A stretch of DNA of 64,000 nucleotides from Cyanobacteria bacterium J06626_4. GTDB lineage: Bacteria; Cyanobacteriota; Cyanobacteriia; Phormidesmidales; Phormidesmidaceae. Shown here piece by piece: positions 10,220 to 20,237 of the stretch; positions within the stretch are counted from its first letter, which is position 1; every line of letters starts with the position of its first letter. The stretch spans positions 1 to 64,000 of the forward strand of contig JBCBJQ010000014.1 of assembly GCA_038523235.1 (NCBI GenBank), in the 5' to 3' direction. A program made the translations under genes and the position numbers. The notes beneath the pieces are model-generated. The model did not search any database and was not told the origin of the DNA. It saw nothing but the letters and a program-made list of their open reading frames with translations.

Positions 10220-11851
10220 TTAAGTTGGCTGGGTCGCCAGCAGCGGGGCTGCCTTGAGCAAAACCTTGGTGTAGCGATGCTGGGGTCGCTCGAAGATGGT
10301 TTCGGTATGGCCCATTTCCACAATTTTGCCCGATTCCATGACGGCGATGCGATCGCATAAGTAGCGCGCTACCCAGAGATCGTGGGTGATAAAGAGATAG
10401 GTGAGGTCGAACTCCTCCTTAAGTTGCAGCATTAGCGATAGCACCTGCGCTTGAATGCTGGCGTCTAACATGCTGACGGGCTCATCGCAGACCACCAGCT
10501 TAGGCCGGGTGATGAGGGCGCGGGCGATCGCGACGCGCTGTTGCTGACCGCCGGAAAGATCACCGGGGAAGCGATCACGGTATTCTGCGATCGGGGTGAG
10601 GCCGACCCGCTGCATCATGGCCTGCACCTGCTGTTCAATTTCTGCTGCAGTGCCTAAGTGGTGAATTCGCAGTGGGTCACCGATGCCCTGGCCCACCGTC
10701 ATCATGGGATTCAAGCAGGCGTGCGGATCTTGAAAGATCATCTGCATATCACGTCGCTGGGCTTGCAGCTCAGCCCGCGACAAATTTGTGATGTCTGCTC
10801 CTAAAAAGCGCACCTGCCCTGCTGTAGGCGGAATAATTTGCAGCACCGTCCGCGAGAGGGTACTTTTGCCGCAGCCCGACTCGCCCACCAGTCCCAAAAT
10901 TTCGCCAGGGTACAGCTGAAAGGACACGTCATCCACCGCTTTGATAGCGCGATTCGCCTGTTGGCCCAATAGGCGAGCCAGGGGATTCGCTTCTAAGGTG
11001 TAGTGCTTTTGCAGATTCTCGACTTCCAGCAGGGGTGCAGCAGTTTGCGAGATTTCATCGCGAATGTCGGCCTGCTGCAGCTCGATCGCCGATTTGAGTA
11101 GCGACTGCGTGTAGGCATGCTCGGGCTGTTGCAGTACCTGTTGCGAAGTGCCCAGTTCCACCAGTTGCCCTTCGTACATGACGGCGACGCGATCGCAATA
11201 TTCGGCCACTAGCGCCAAATCATGGGAAATCAAAATCAGTCCCATGTGCCGTTCGCGGCAGAGGCGCGTCAGCTCATCCAGAATCTGCGCTGACACCGTC
11301 ACATCCAGACTGGTGGTGGGTTCATCCGCCACGATCAGTTTGGGATTCAACACTAGCGCCAGGGCGATCGCGACGCGCTGCCGCATACCGCCGCTAAACT
11401 CGTGGGGGTACTGGCTCCAGCGATCGGCAGGAATGCTAACGGCCTCTAGTGCGGCCAGCGATCGCGCCTTGGCCTCTGAACGGGACAGTTGGGGTTCGTG
11501 GGCCAGCAGCGTTTCTAAACAGTGATCGCCAATCGTCATCAGCGGATCGAGCCGCGTCATCGGATCTTGAAAGATCAGCGACACTGCCTCACCGCGAAAG
11601 TGCCGCAGCGCCTGCGCCGACATGGCCGGAATCGAGCGGTCTTCAAAAATGGCTTCGCCTTTGATCTGGGTGGCGCGGGGGAGCAGCCGCAACGCCGCTC
11701 GCCCCAAGGTGCTTTTGCCACAGCCCGATTCGCCCACCAGTCCCAAAATGTCGCCGGGCGCGAGGGTCAGCGATACGTCATCTACTGCCCAAGTGGTTGT
11801 CCCCGGATAGGCCACGCAAAAGTGATTCAGAGTCAGCAGGCAATCAGACAT
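10220..11851 (-). CDS. Peptide/nickel ABC transporter ATP-binding protein (fused duplicated ATPase)
   Basis: Two GESGCGKST Walker A motifs, FSGGMRQR and LSGGQQQR signatures, two DEP Walker B motifs. Confidence 0.93.
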   Translation of the reverse strand: MSDCLLTLNHFCVAYPGTTTWAVDDVSLTLAPGDILGLVGESGCGKSTLGRAALRLLPRATQIKGEAIFEDRSIPAMSAQALRHFRGEAVSLIFQDPMTRLDPLMTIGDHCLETLLAHEPQLSRSEAKARSLAALEAVSIPADRWSQYPHEFSGGMRQRVAIALALVLNPKLIVADEPTTSLDVTVSAQILDELTRLCRERHMGLILISHDLALVAEYCDRVAVMYEGQLVELGTSQQVLQQPEHAYTQSLLKSAIELQQADIRDEISQTAAPLLEVENLQKHYTLEANPLARLLGQQANRAIKAVDDVSFQLYPGEILGLVGESGCGKSTLSRTVLQIIPPTAGQVRFLGADITNLSRAELQAQRRDMQMIFQDPHACLNPMMTVGQGIGDPLRIHHLGTAAEIEQQVQAMMQRVGLTPIAEYRDRFPGDLSGGQQQRVAIARALITRPKLVVCDEPVSMLDASIQAQVLSLMLQLKEEFDLTYLFITHDLWVARYLCDRIAVMESGKIVEMGHTETIFERPQHRYTKVLLKAAPLLATQPT

Positions 11852-12020
11852 CGGTGAGTTAATCAGGAGAGCAGTGGCAATTGATGGATAAGTCGAAAGA
11901 TTAATTGGGCAATTTCCAGGTACTGAGGAGCAGGGGAGCGCGGGCGCAGGGGAGCTCAGATTTATCTCAAGTCACACTCGCCAGCCTGGAGTGCGGTAAA
12001 GCGACCCAGCGTCTTACCTA

Positions 12021-12596
12021 TCATTCCTCAAAGCGGCGCATTAAATAGGCCACGCCAAAATCACCATTGGGATGATCTTCTAATAAGGTCGCGAGTTCAA
12101 AGATCTTGTCGGCAATCTCAGGGCCTAGTTTTTCGATCGTGGCGGCCTTTTCGCGAATGGTGAGATCGAGCGCTTTGACCTGGGCCTGCCACTGGTCATT
12201 AAAAATATAGTTGAGATGTTGATCAAGTTGGAGCTGTTGCAGCACGTCCCATTCGCCGCGATCGCACCAATAGCCCTGGCAGTTGGGACAGCGCTCGACA
12301 AAAAACATCAGCTGCTGTAGCTGAATGCGCCCTCGCACCAAATAGTGCTTGCAATCGGGGCACAGGGCCGCCCGGTTATCGAGTGAGGGGGGCGTAAAGT
12401 CGGTCGATAGCTGACTGGGTACCTGGGCGACGTGGGGTTCGGCATCAGGGTCAACGCCTTGCTCTGCCTGCCATGCGGCATAGTGCTCAGGCCGAATCCA
12501 GGCCCCGCCACAGTCAGGGCAACATTGGGCAACGAGTCCCCCCGCGAGGGTGCCTTCTGTGAGCGCTGTCTTCAGTTCTTTTGGGCACTGCGCCAT
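12021..12596 (-). CDS. Zinc-ribbon (zf-TFIIB-like) domain protein
   Basis: CPDCGGAW and CPDC...CPNCQGYWCDRGE. Confidence 0.8.
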   Translation of the reverse strand: MAQCPKELKTALTEGTLAGGLVAQCCPDCGGAWIRPEHYAAWQAEQGVDPDAEPHVAQVPSQLSTDFTPPSLDNRAALCPDCKHYLVRGRIQLQQLMFFVERCPNCQGYWCDRGEWDVLQQLQLDQHLNYIFNDQWQAQVKALDLTIREKAATIEKLGPEIADKIFELATLLEDHPNGDFGVAYLMRRFEE

Positions 12597-12972
12597 AGTG
12601 GGTCATTGCAAACGAACGTTCTTATTAAATCATTGCGCCTCCCCTCTGTGAGTCTTAACGTGAGCAGTTGCCTTACTTAAGTTGAACTGTTGGGCGAAAA
12701 CCTGAGGACGGCAGCGCTGGGTGAGCGCCCTTGCTGGTTCATCTAGCTGTCAGTGCTCATCATCATCAGAGGCCTGATCGCCTAGCGTGATGCCCTCTCA
12801 CTGACCTGGATAAAGAACCCTGCGGGCAGACCTTGCCCCACCCTACTCAGCCACCACTTGGCATCAGCCCGCTTGATTGTCATGACGACCCTTGGCTACC
12901 AATAACTGGCAGTGGGTCAACGCGTTGAGCTCATCACCATCTGATACCTCACCGACAGAATTTTGATTTCTA

Positions 12973-13114
12973 CTAAGTAGGTAAACACAATCATCTTGCA
13001 GACGGGTTTCGACTCCGCTCAACCCTCAAAGCTTTACTTGGCAAGCAATATAGCTGATTGAGCGGAGTCGAAATCAGCGACCGGTTTAACACTTAATTCG
13101 GCCCAGCTACTTAG
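12973..13114. mobile_element. MITE-like element with an internal REP-type palindrome
   Basis: Terminal IR ctaagtag / ctacttag; internal perfect 16-bp IR tttcgactccgctcaa (13007-13022) / ttgagcggagtcgaaa (13058-13073). Confidence 0.65.
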
Positions 13115-13222
13115 CGATCGCAATTCCGAACTCCAAATTCCGGTTCGTACGTCTCACTTCCAACCCGACTCCTGGCTCCTCCCATCAACCAAAAGCGCAT
13201 AATACGACCCTAACGCCTGCCC

Positions 13223-13897
13223 CTAAACAGTCATCAACCGATAGCCCAACCCATGCACTGTTTCAATAAAATTTCGAGGAGCTCCGGCTTTGCGCAATTT
13301 TTGTCGCACTGCTTTAAGGTGAGCCTTGACGGTATCTTCTCCCGGCGGATCCGTCATTTGCCAAAGCGATTCCAAAATGAAGTAGCGGCTCAACACTCGC
13401 CGTCCGTGGCGGATGAGTAGATCAAGCAAGGCAAACTCTTTGGGCGTCAGCCGCAGTGGTATTTCTTGATAGGTCGCCTCGTAAGTGGTGGGGTTGAGGC
13501 GTAAGGCTCCCCACGTCAAGAAGGGACTGGTGCTGGTTTGACCCCGTCTCAGCAAGGCTCGAATCTGGGCAATCAGTTCCGCCAGGTCAAAGGGTTTGAC
13601 CATATAAGCATCGGCGCCAGCCTCTAAACCCGCAACTTTGTCTTGGCTGGTGTCACGTGCCGTCAGCATGAGAACGGGTGAGTTGATGCGGTGCGATCGC
13701 AGGCGTTGGCAGAGGGTCAGGCCATCGATGCGCGGCAAAGTGATATCCATCAACATCAGGTCGTAGGACAGCAGATTGATGTTTTGCCAGGCCGTTTCGC
13801 CATCGCTCGCCACATCTACGGTGTATTGCAGCGCTTCTAAAGCTTCTGACAGTGAGGCCGATAAATGGCGATCGTCTTCAACGAGTAAGATCCGCAC
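13223..13897 (-). CDS. OmpR-family response regulator
   Basis: ILLVEDD, MDITLP, LTARD, GADAYMVKPF, LTPKEFALL, IETVHGLGY. Confidence 0.93.
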   Translation of the reverse strand: MRILLVEDDRHLSASLSEALEALQYTVDVASDGETAWQNINLLSYDLMLMDITLPRIDGLTLCQRLRSHRINSPVLMLTARDTSQDKVAGLEAGADAYMVKPFDLAELIAQIRALLRRGQTSTSPFLTWGALRLNPTTYEATYQEIPLRLTPKEFALLDLLIRHGRRVLSRYFILESLWQMTDPPGEDTVKAHLKAVRQKLRKAGAPRNFIETVHGLGYRLMTV

Positions 13898-14409
13898 GAC
13901 TGACAGTCTCCCAGCATCGGTTGGCGACCGTAGAAAGTCCTGAATAATGTCGGTATCATGCGATGTTTGCGTCTGAGACGATGTAACTCAAGCTACAGAT
14001 TGGGGCGAGCCAGAGAGCGGGCGATCGCGGTCCCGGAGATCGCATTCTAAATCCGCCGCCTCGTCGTGTAAATCTGCCTGATGTCGTTGTGGCGGAGCAG
14101 GCGCCCCCCGCCTCCAAAGCTTAAATGGCGGCGATCGCGGCGCTGCCTAAGGTACAGTCCACCCGTTTACTCGGTACTTTACGCCAAGCCGAGGAATATG
14201 GTGCCGCTGTAGCAGAGCAGATTCAGCCTTTTCTAGCTGCGGAGACCCCATCTCAAGGAAAATAAGAGAACCATTACGGATGCCAACGATGAAGGTTGAC
14301 GATTCGTGAGCCTTAGGGGCTGCTGCCTTGGGCTAGTGGACCGAATTCGGATGCGATCGCGCTGCCGACTCGAATCTTCGCACCAATATCCACGCCCTGT
14401 ATCGCAACC

Positions 14410-14643
14410 TCACACAATCTTGATGGCAGGGGTTTTCATTCGAGCATCCACATATCGCTTGGCTTGCTTAATCGCCGCTGCTTGGGTGAGAGCGCAGGGC
14501 ACCGCGATCGCGCAGCCCGCCTCGTGATGCGCCCAAACGGCATAGAGGACTTGACCATCCGCTTCACTCTGGTCTACCTCCAGTCGCCAGCCTCGATAGG
14601 TAAACGACCAGACGATGTGAGGGTAATCAGGGTTCAAAATCAT
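14410..14643 (-). CDS. Small hypothetical protein
   Basis: 77 aa with protein-like composition (WSFTYRGWRLE...AAIKQAKRYVD), downstream of sodB on the same strand. Confidence 0.6.
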   Translation of the reverse strand: MILNPDYPHIVWSFTYRGWRLEVDQSEADGQVLYAVWAHHEAGCAIAVPCALTQAAAIKQAKRYVDARMKTPAIKIV

Positions 14644-14670
14644 AATGGAATTGGATAAAACCGAATAAAG

Positions 14671-14697
14671 CAGCTCTGCCTCGGCGAGACAGAGCCG
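14671..14697 (-). terminator. Probable sodB terminator or stabilising hairpin
   Basis: On the minus strand cggctctgtctcgccgaggcagagctg followed by ctttattcggtttt. Confidence 0.5.
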
Positions 14698-14727
14698 TGC
14701 CGCCAGACTCCAAACTCAACGACAAAC

Positions 14728-14836
14728 AGGACTTACGCAGTTGCATCCGGTTTTGGCCCCTTAATCCCTAAATCTGGGGAAACCGGATGCAACGTCCCCC
14801 AGAGTTGAGGGATGCAAGGGGGCCATGCGAAGTCCT
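14728..14836. mobile_element. MITE-like element (AGGACTTACGCA-type ends)
   Basis: Left aggacttacgca, right tgcgaagtcct (1-nt deletion); internal 14-bp IR gttgcatccggttt / aaaccggatgcaac. Confidence 0.7.
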
Positions 14837-14889
14837 AATTAAGGGGAATTGGCGAAGTCAGTTGAAGCCATGAACAGGCTCAGGATGAC

Positions 14890-15489
14890 TCAAGCGGCTG
14901 CCAAGTTTTGGGCGGCAAAATCCCAATTGGCCAGACTACCTAAGAAGGCTCCGATATAGTCAGGGCGCTTGTTTTGGTAATCCAAGTAATAGGCGTGCTC
15001 CCAAACATCCATCGTCAGCAGCGGCACCTGCCCACTGGTTAGGGGATTATCGGCGTTCAGCGTTTTTGTGACTTTGAGGGTGCCATTGTCTAGCACGAGC
15101 CAGGCCCAACCGCTGCCAAACTGAGTCGCTCCAGCATTCTTGAACGCTTCGGCAAATTTCTCGAAGCTACCAAAATCCGCCTCAATTTTCTTCGCCAGAT
15201 CGCCCGTAGGCATCCCGCCACCAGCGGGCTTCATGCTGTTCCAGTAGAAGCTGTGGTTCCAGGCTTGAGCCGCGTTGTTGAACATCCCGCTCTTTTCGGA
15301 GTCACCCGAGATCGCCTGGATCACAGCTTCAATCGGCTTGCTATCTAAGTCAGTGCCTGCCACCGCCGCATTAAACTTACTCACATAAGCGGCATGATGC
15401 TTGTCATGGTGAAACTCTAAAGTGCTCTTAGAAATGTGAGGTTCAAGAGCCGTGTAGTCGTACGGTAAAGTTGGAAGCTCGTAAGCCAT
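14890..15489 (-). CDS. sodB: Iron superoxide dismutase
   Basis: HHDKHH, FNNAAQAWNHSFYW (Fe-type AAQ), QFGSGWAW, DVWEHAYY. Confidence 0.96.
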   Translation of the reverse strand: MAYELPTLPYDYTALEPHISKSTLEFHHDKHHAAYVSKFNAAVAGTDLDSKPIEAVIQAISGDSEKSGMFNNAAQAWNHSFYWNSMKPAGGGMPTGDLAKKIEADFGSFEKFAEAFKNAGATQFGSGWAWLVLDNGTLKVTKTLNADNPLTSGQVPLLTMDVWEHAYYLDYQNKRPDYIGAFLGSLANWDFAAQNLAAA

Positions 15490-15862
15490 TAGAATCTAGT
15501 TCTCTCTCAACAAATGTCATAACTTTCTTGGGGAAATGCATTGATGAAAACCAATATCTCTCAAGCATTAAACTGACAGCGAGATGTTAGCCACGCCTAA
15601 TCAAGACAGACTTGTTCTCATTATTTTCCACCCGTGAGCAATCTATCAAATCGCTCACCGATGTTCTATGCCCCTAAGGGGCATTAACTTTAAGATTCGA
15701 CTGCTGACTTCACGCAGGAGTGCGATCTCGATGCTTCCTGAAATGCAGTCCACTCGCTTACCCGGCACCTTAGGCCAAGCAGAAGAATCTGGAGACATGG
15801 TGGCAAAGACCATCAGGTCATTTTTAGGCTCCGTGATCCTGTAGAAGGTAACTAGAAAGGGC

Positions 15863-15948
15863 GTCTAACAGTGAAGTTGTGCGGCGGTCAGTATTTCTGA
15901 ATTTTAGTCAATAGCTTTAGCTCCGTCTGCACCGATGCAGTGTTAGGC
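15863..15948. other. attC-like integron cassette recombination site
   Basis: GTCTAAC (RYYYAAC) ... GTTAGGC (GTTRRRY), 86 bp, imperfect IR with one extrahelical base. Confidence 0.6.
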
Positions 15949-16084
15949 AGAGTCTGCATACGCTATACCACCGTAAACTTAGCAGAGCTAGGATGCTTGC
16001 GATTACACCATCTTCTCGCCAGGAAAAAGCAGAAACTACGAGGGAACAGATTCAGAAATCTTAGACACAGATCAGTATAGGCAG

Positions 16085-16420
16085 TCATCCGCCCATCAAT
16101 GGGAGGTCTTCATGGAGGATATGGTAATTATTGAATAGCTTTACTTCTAGATAAACAAGCGGCGCATAGAACCTCATGAGGCGTCTTTCGTAACGTAAGA
16201 GATCAGAAGAGTAGTGAGGGCTTTTCGGATCTTCAGTGAACATGTGAACATTCATACGTACACTACTAAAGGCCCAAACAGAACCCTTAACATCCACAAA
16301 TGCACCGCTGATTCTATCTCCAGAGGATATAAGTGTGTATGACCCAACATACAACAGGGAAAAGAACAAAGTTCCGGCAAAAGTTCCGGCAAGAGTTGCT
16401 TTTATTAGGAGATATCTCAT
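16085..16420 (-). CDS. AT-rich orphan protein with N-terminal TM helix
   Basis: 111 aa, ATG start, AT-richer than flanking genes, no HIP1. Confidence 0.6.
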   Translation of the reverse strand: MRYLLIKATLAGTFAGTLFFSLLYVGSYTLISSGDRISGAFVDVKGSVWAFSSVRMNVHMFTEDPKSPHYSSDLLRYERRLMRFYAPLVYLEVKLFNNYHILHEDLPLMGG

Positions 16421-16620
16421 ACTAATTATTTTTTCAGTGTAAATTGATTGCCCTACACACTCCCGTAGGAGGAATTAATGTGACAAACTTTACCCCAGAA
16501 TCTGCCATTTGCGCTGGCTTTGGCATACCAATGGCTGTCAAATCCCCATTAATACAAAGATGACGAGACTATTGACTTACATGATGAATCCTTTACCAGG
16601 GTGAAGCCTAACGATATTAT

Positions 16621-17885
16621 GGGAACCTCGAAAAATAGCCAAGGTGGTCTCACTATGAGATCCTGAGACAGTAGCAGTTGACGGCTAAGGCGAATGGGGC
16701 AGCAAGGGTTCTGGGATGTGCAATCGCGCCAACAAAAACTCGCGAGCAAGAAAGACCTGTTGAATCGCCTCAATCAAATGGTGCCGTGGGAAAGCTTGCG
16801 TCCGACGTTGAAGAAGATTCGAGAAAACCCACGCAAAAGTAAAGCGGGTCGTAAGCCCTTAGATGAGGTGCTACTGTTCAAAATGCTGGTGCTGCAAAAG
16901 CTCTACAACATCAGCGATGAAGACTTGGAATATCAGGTGAATGACCGCCTCTCGTTCATGCAGTTTCTGAACTTAGGTCTCGAAGATCGAGTTCCGGATG
17001 CCACGACGGTGTGGTTATTCAGAGAGCAGTTGCAAAAGCGGGGGCTGGTGAAAGAGCTCTTCGAGCAGTTTGAAAGCTACCTGCAGCAGGCAGGATATCA
17101 GGCCAAAGACGGTCAAATCATGGATGCGACGCTGGTACCAGTGCCGAAGCAGCGCAACGGCAAGGCAGAAAATCAGCAGATCAAAAATGGGCAAATGCCT
17201 GAGGACTGGTCTGCTCAGCCTCACAAACGAGCGCAAAAGGATATCGATGCCCGTTGGACGAAGAAGAATAACGTGTCGCACTTCGGCTATAAAGACCACA
17301 TCAGCATTGATGGTGGCTTCGGTTTTATTCGCTGTTATGTCGTCACTGATGCCTCGGTGCATGATTCACAAGTGCTGGCAGAGTTGCTCGATATTGACAA
17401 TCCGGATGGGCGCATCTGGGCCGACAGTGCCTATCGCTCGGTCGCTCGTCTAGAAGTGCTGGAGTGCATGGGCTTTGACCCGCTGTTCAATGAGCGGGCC
17501 TATCGCAATTCGCCTCTAAGCGACGAGCAGAAAGCGGCAAACCGAGAACGCTCCAAAACCTGAGCCAAAGTCGAGCCTGTCTTCGGCAGTTGGGTCAGTC
17601 ACAGTGGGGGCAAACTGCTGCGCACCATTGGCATCGCGAGAGCCAAGACCAATCTAGGCTTGCAAAACCTGGTATACAACTTCAAGCGCTTGGTCTTTCT
17701 CGAGACTCAGGCAACAAGTGCGGAAATCGCAGGATAACCGTCTCTATTAAGATGAATTAAAGCAGGCAATCGCGTCATCTGCCTCGTAGAAAGGACGCTG
17801 GCAGAAGCGTCTTGCGGTCTTAAGCAACATCGAAGATCTCAGGTGAGTCTCACTGATGATGAACAAACAATTAATCGAGGTGCCC
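16621..17885 (+). mobile_element. IS5-family insertion sequence (inactivated)
   Basis: Terminal IRs gggaacctcgaaaaat / attaatcgaggtgccc flanking a DDE transposase; no target duplication visible. Confidence 0.9.
16694..17737 (+). pseudogene. IS5-family transposase with in-frame nonsense codon
   Basis: RVPDATTVWLFRE, MDATLV, FGYKDH, WADSAY; TGA at 17561-17563, after which the same frame continues AKVEPVFG...NLVYNFKRLVFL to TAA 17737. Confidence 0.9.
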
Positions 17886-18112
17886 ACTAGTTTTTTTGCC
17901 CTGCTGCCCTGACCCAGGCATTATGCTGGCCTTCGCAGAAGATGAGAGCGCGCATCTAAATTTCAGCTAAAAGAGCTAATTTGCTGATAAATAGAGACAC
18001 TGACGATGTGCGCAAACTTTTGTTGCATTGATAATTTTTAGTAGAGCTCAACACATCAGGTGTCTTATTCATTTTTATGATTAAGAATAGATGAACGTCT
18101 CGTAGCATTTTG

Positions 18113-19081
18113 ATGATGACAAACGATCTAAATGTCAATAGTTCTGTAACCGAAGGAGCAGAGAATCTGCTTCCTAAAACAATTCTTGTTAAAGAAGATA
18201 AAAAGAAAGGCAAACATAAAAAAGGCAAGAAGCAGAAGCGCGATCGCGCTGTCGGGTCAGAGCAAAAAGGCATGCGCTCGACCGCTGCAAAAGAAAGCCG
18301 TCCAAAATTACCGAAGCAGGTTTACGAAAAAGAGCTGACCCGGCTGCAAGTCGAGCTAGTCAAAATGCAGTACTGGGTCAAGCAAACCGATACTCGCATT
18401 GTGATTTTGTTTGAGGGTCGCGATGCGGCGGGCAAAGGCGGCACGATTAAGCGCCTCACTGAACCTCTGAATCCTCGGGGCTGTCGCATTGTCGCTTTGG
18501 GGACACCGAGTGATCGCGAAAAGACGCAATGGTACTTCCAGCGCTATGTCGCGAACCTGCCAGCAGCGGGCGAAATTGTCTGCTTTGACCGCAGCTGGTA
18601 CAACCGGGCCGGGGTTGAGCGGGTGATGGGCTTCTGCACAGATGAACAGTATCAAGAATTTATAGAGACCTGCCCCCAATTTGAGCGCATGTTGGTGCGT
18701 TCAGGCATCATTTTGCTGAAATATTGGTTTTCAGTCAGTGATGAAGAGCAGGAACGACGCTTTCAGTCGCGCACGACTGACCCAGCGCGTCGGTGGAAGC
18801 TCAGCCCGATGGATCTAGAGTCACGCGATCGCTGGGTCGACTATTCTCGCGCTAAAGATACGATGTTTGCCCACACTAATATCCCTGAAGCGCCCTGGTT
18901 TACGGTGGAAGCCGATGACAAAAAGCGGGCTCGCCTGAACTGCATCAGTCATTTCCTCAGCAAGATTCCCTATATTGATATGACACCAGACCCCTTGGAA
19001 CTACCACCGCGCAAGAGTGCGCCCCTAGACTACGTGCGCCCCCCTCTCAATGAGCAGTTTTTTGTCCCTCAAAGATATTAA
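18113..19081 (+). CDS. ppk2: Polyphosphate kinase 2
   Basis: FEGRDAAGKGG, WYFQRY, FDRSWYNRAGVERVMGFC, WKLSPMD. Confidence 0.95.
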   Translation: MMTNDLNVNSSVTEGAENLLPKTILVKEDKKKGKHKKGKKQKRDRAVGSEQKGMRSTAAKESRPKLPKQVYEKELTRLQVELVKMQYWVKQTDTRIVILFEGRDAAGKGGTIKRLTEPLNPRGCRIVALGTPSDREKTQWYFQRYVANLPAAGEIVCFDRSWYNRAGVERVMGFCTDEQYQEFIETCPQFERMLVRSGIILLKYWFSVSDEEQERRFQSRTTDPARRWKLSPMDLESRDRWVDYSRAKDTMFAHTNIPEAPWFTVEADDKKRARLNCISHFLSKIPYIDMTPDPLELPPRKSAPLDYVRPPLNEQFFVPQRY

Positions 19082-19458
19082 ACATTCCCGACTGCAGGCA
19101 CTGGCAAAAGCCAAAATACCGAGGCCTGTCGTCTCCTCGGCAAGAACACCAGGGCTTCAAGTTCATGAGTGGCACGAACGAGCGATAAACCGTTAGCCCC
19201 TTTCCAATCGCCGGTTCGATCTGTGGAACGTGGTGACGCCCGTTTTATCATCACTTGGCTCAATGACTACCGCGTTTCTTTTGACCAGCAGAACCACTGA
19301 CAATAGTCTATGGTGAAGGCGTTTACTGCCAGCAAACTCCAATGGAATATTGCTACCGGCCATCGTTCTTATGGGGGAATTCTCACCCTCTAGCTATATT
19401 CAGGACGCTACGAGTAACGCTAAGATTAGCTCTAGTATTTTCTTAGGGGCTGATTCCT

Positions 19459-20190
19459 GTGCTAAAGGCGTTGCGAGCTGATTTTAAGATCGTTTTTGAA
19501 CGTGATCCAGCTGCCCGCAATTGGCTAGAGGTATTGACCTGTTATCCGGGTCTACAGGCGCTGGCTTTTCATCGGGTTGCCCATTGGTTGTGGAACGTCG
19601 GGTTACCCTTTATTCCCCGGTTTCTCTCCCACATCAGTCGCTTCGTGACCGGGATCGAAATTCATCCTGGTGCCACGATTGGCCAAGGCGTTTTTATTGA
19701 TCACGGCATGGGTGTCGTAGTGGGTGAGACTGCCATCATTGGCGACTCTTGCCTCATTTATCAAGGCGTGACGTTGGGCGGCACCGGCAAAGAATCAGGT
19801 AAGCGTCACCCGACCCTGGGCACCAATGTGGTCGTTGGGGCTGGGGCCAAAGTGCTTGGCAATATTCAAGTGGGCAATGACGTGCGCATTGGTGCCGGCT
19901 CAGTGGTGCTGCGAGAGGTCCCTTCTGACTGCACGGTGGTGGGCGTGCCCGGACGGGTGGTTTACCGCGCTGGGGAACGGGTGGGCCCGCTAGACCATGA
20001 TTGCCTACCTGACTCTGAGGCTCAAGTAATTCGCGCCCTGGTTGATCGCATCGAAGGGCTAGAACAACAGGTCGAAGATTTGAAAACCCTTAAGGTCAGC
20101 CAAAGAAAATTAGTGGCGATCGCGCCGACTCAGAGCTGCCGCATTCAAGACCGGGTCATTACTGAATACTTAGACGGCGCGGGCATTTAA
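19459..20190 (+). CDS. cysE: Serine O-acetyltransferase
   Basis: [36 protein letters not shown]. Confidence 0.96.
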   Translation: MLKALRADFKIVFERDPAARNWLEVLTCYPGLQALAFHRVAHWLWNVGLPFIPRFLSHISRFVTGIEIHPGATIGQGVFIDHGMGVVVGETAIIGDSCLIYQGVTLGGTGKESGKRHPTLGTNVVVGAGAKVLGNIQVGNDVRIGAGSVVLREVPSDCTVVGVPGRVVYRAGERVGPLDHDCLPDSEAQVIRALVDRIEGLEQQVEDLKTLKVSQRKLVAIAPTQSCRIQDRVITEYLDGAGI

Positions 20191-20237
20191 GCCTCCAGAG
20201 GCGACAGTAGTGCTGCACGGTGGATTTGAAAACCACC

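Noticed and set aside
15535..15630. Fur/PerR box upstream of sodB
   Set aside because: AT-rich and plausible, but I cannot fix a convincing palindrome by eye.
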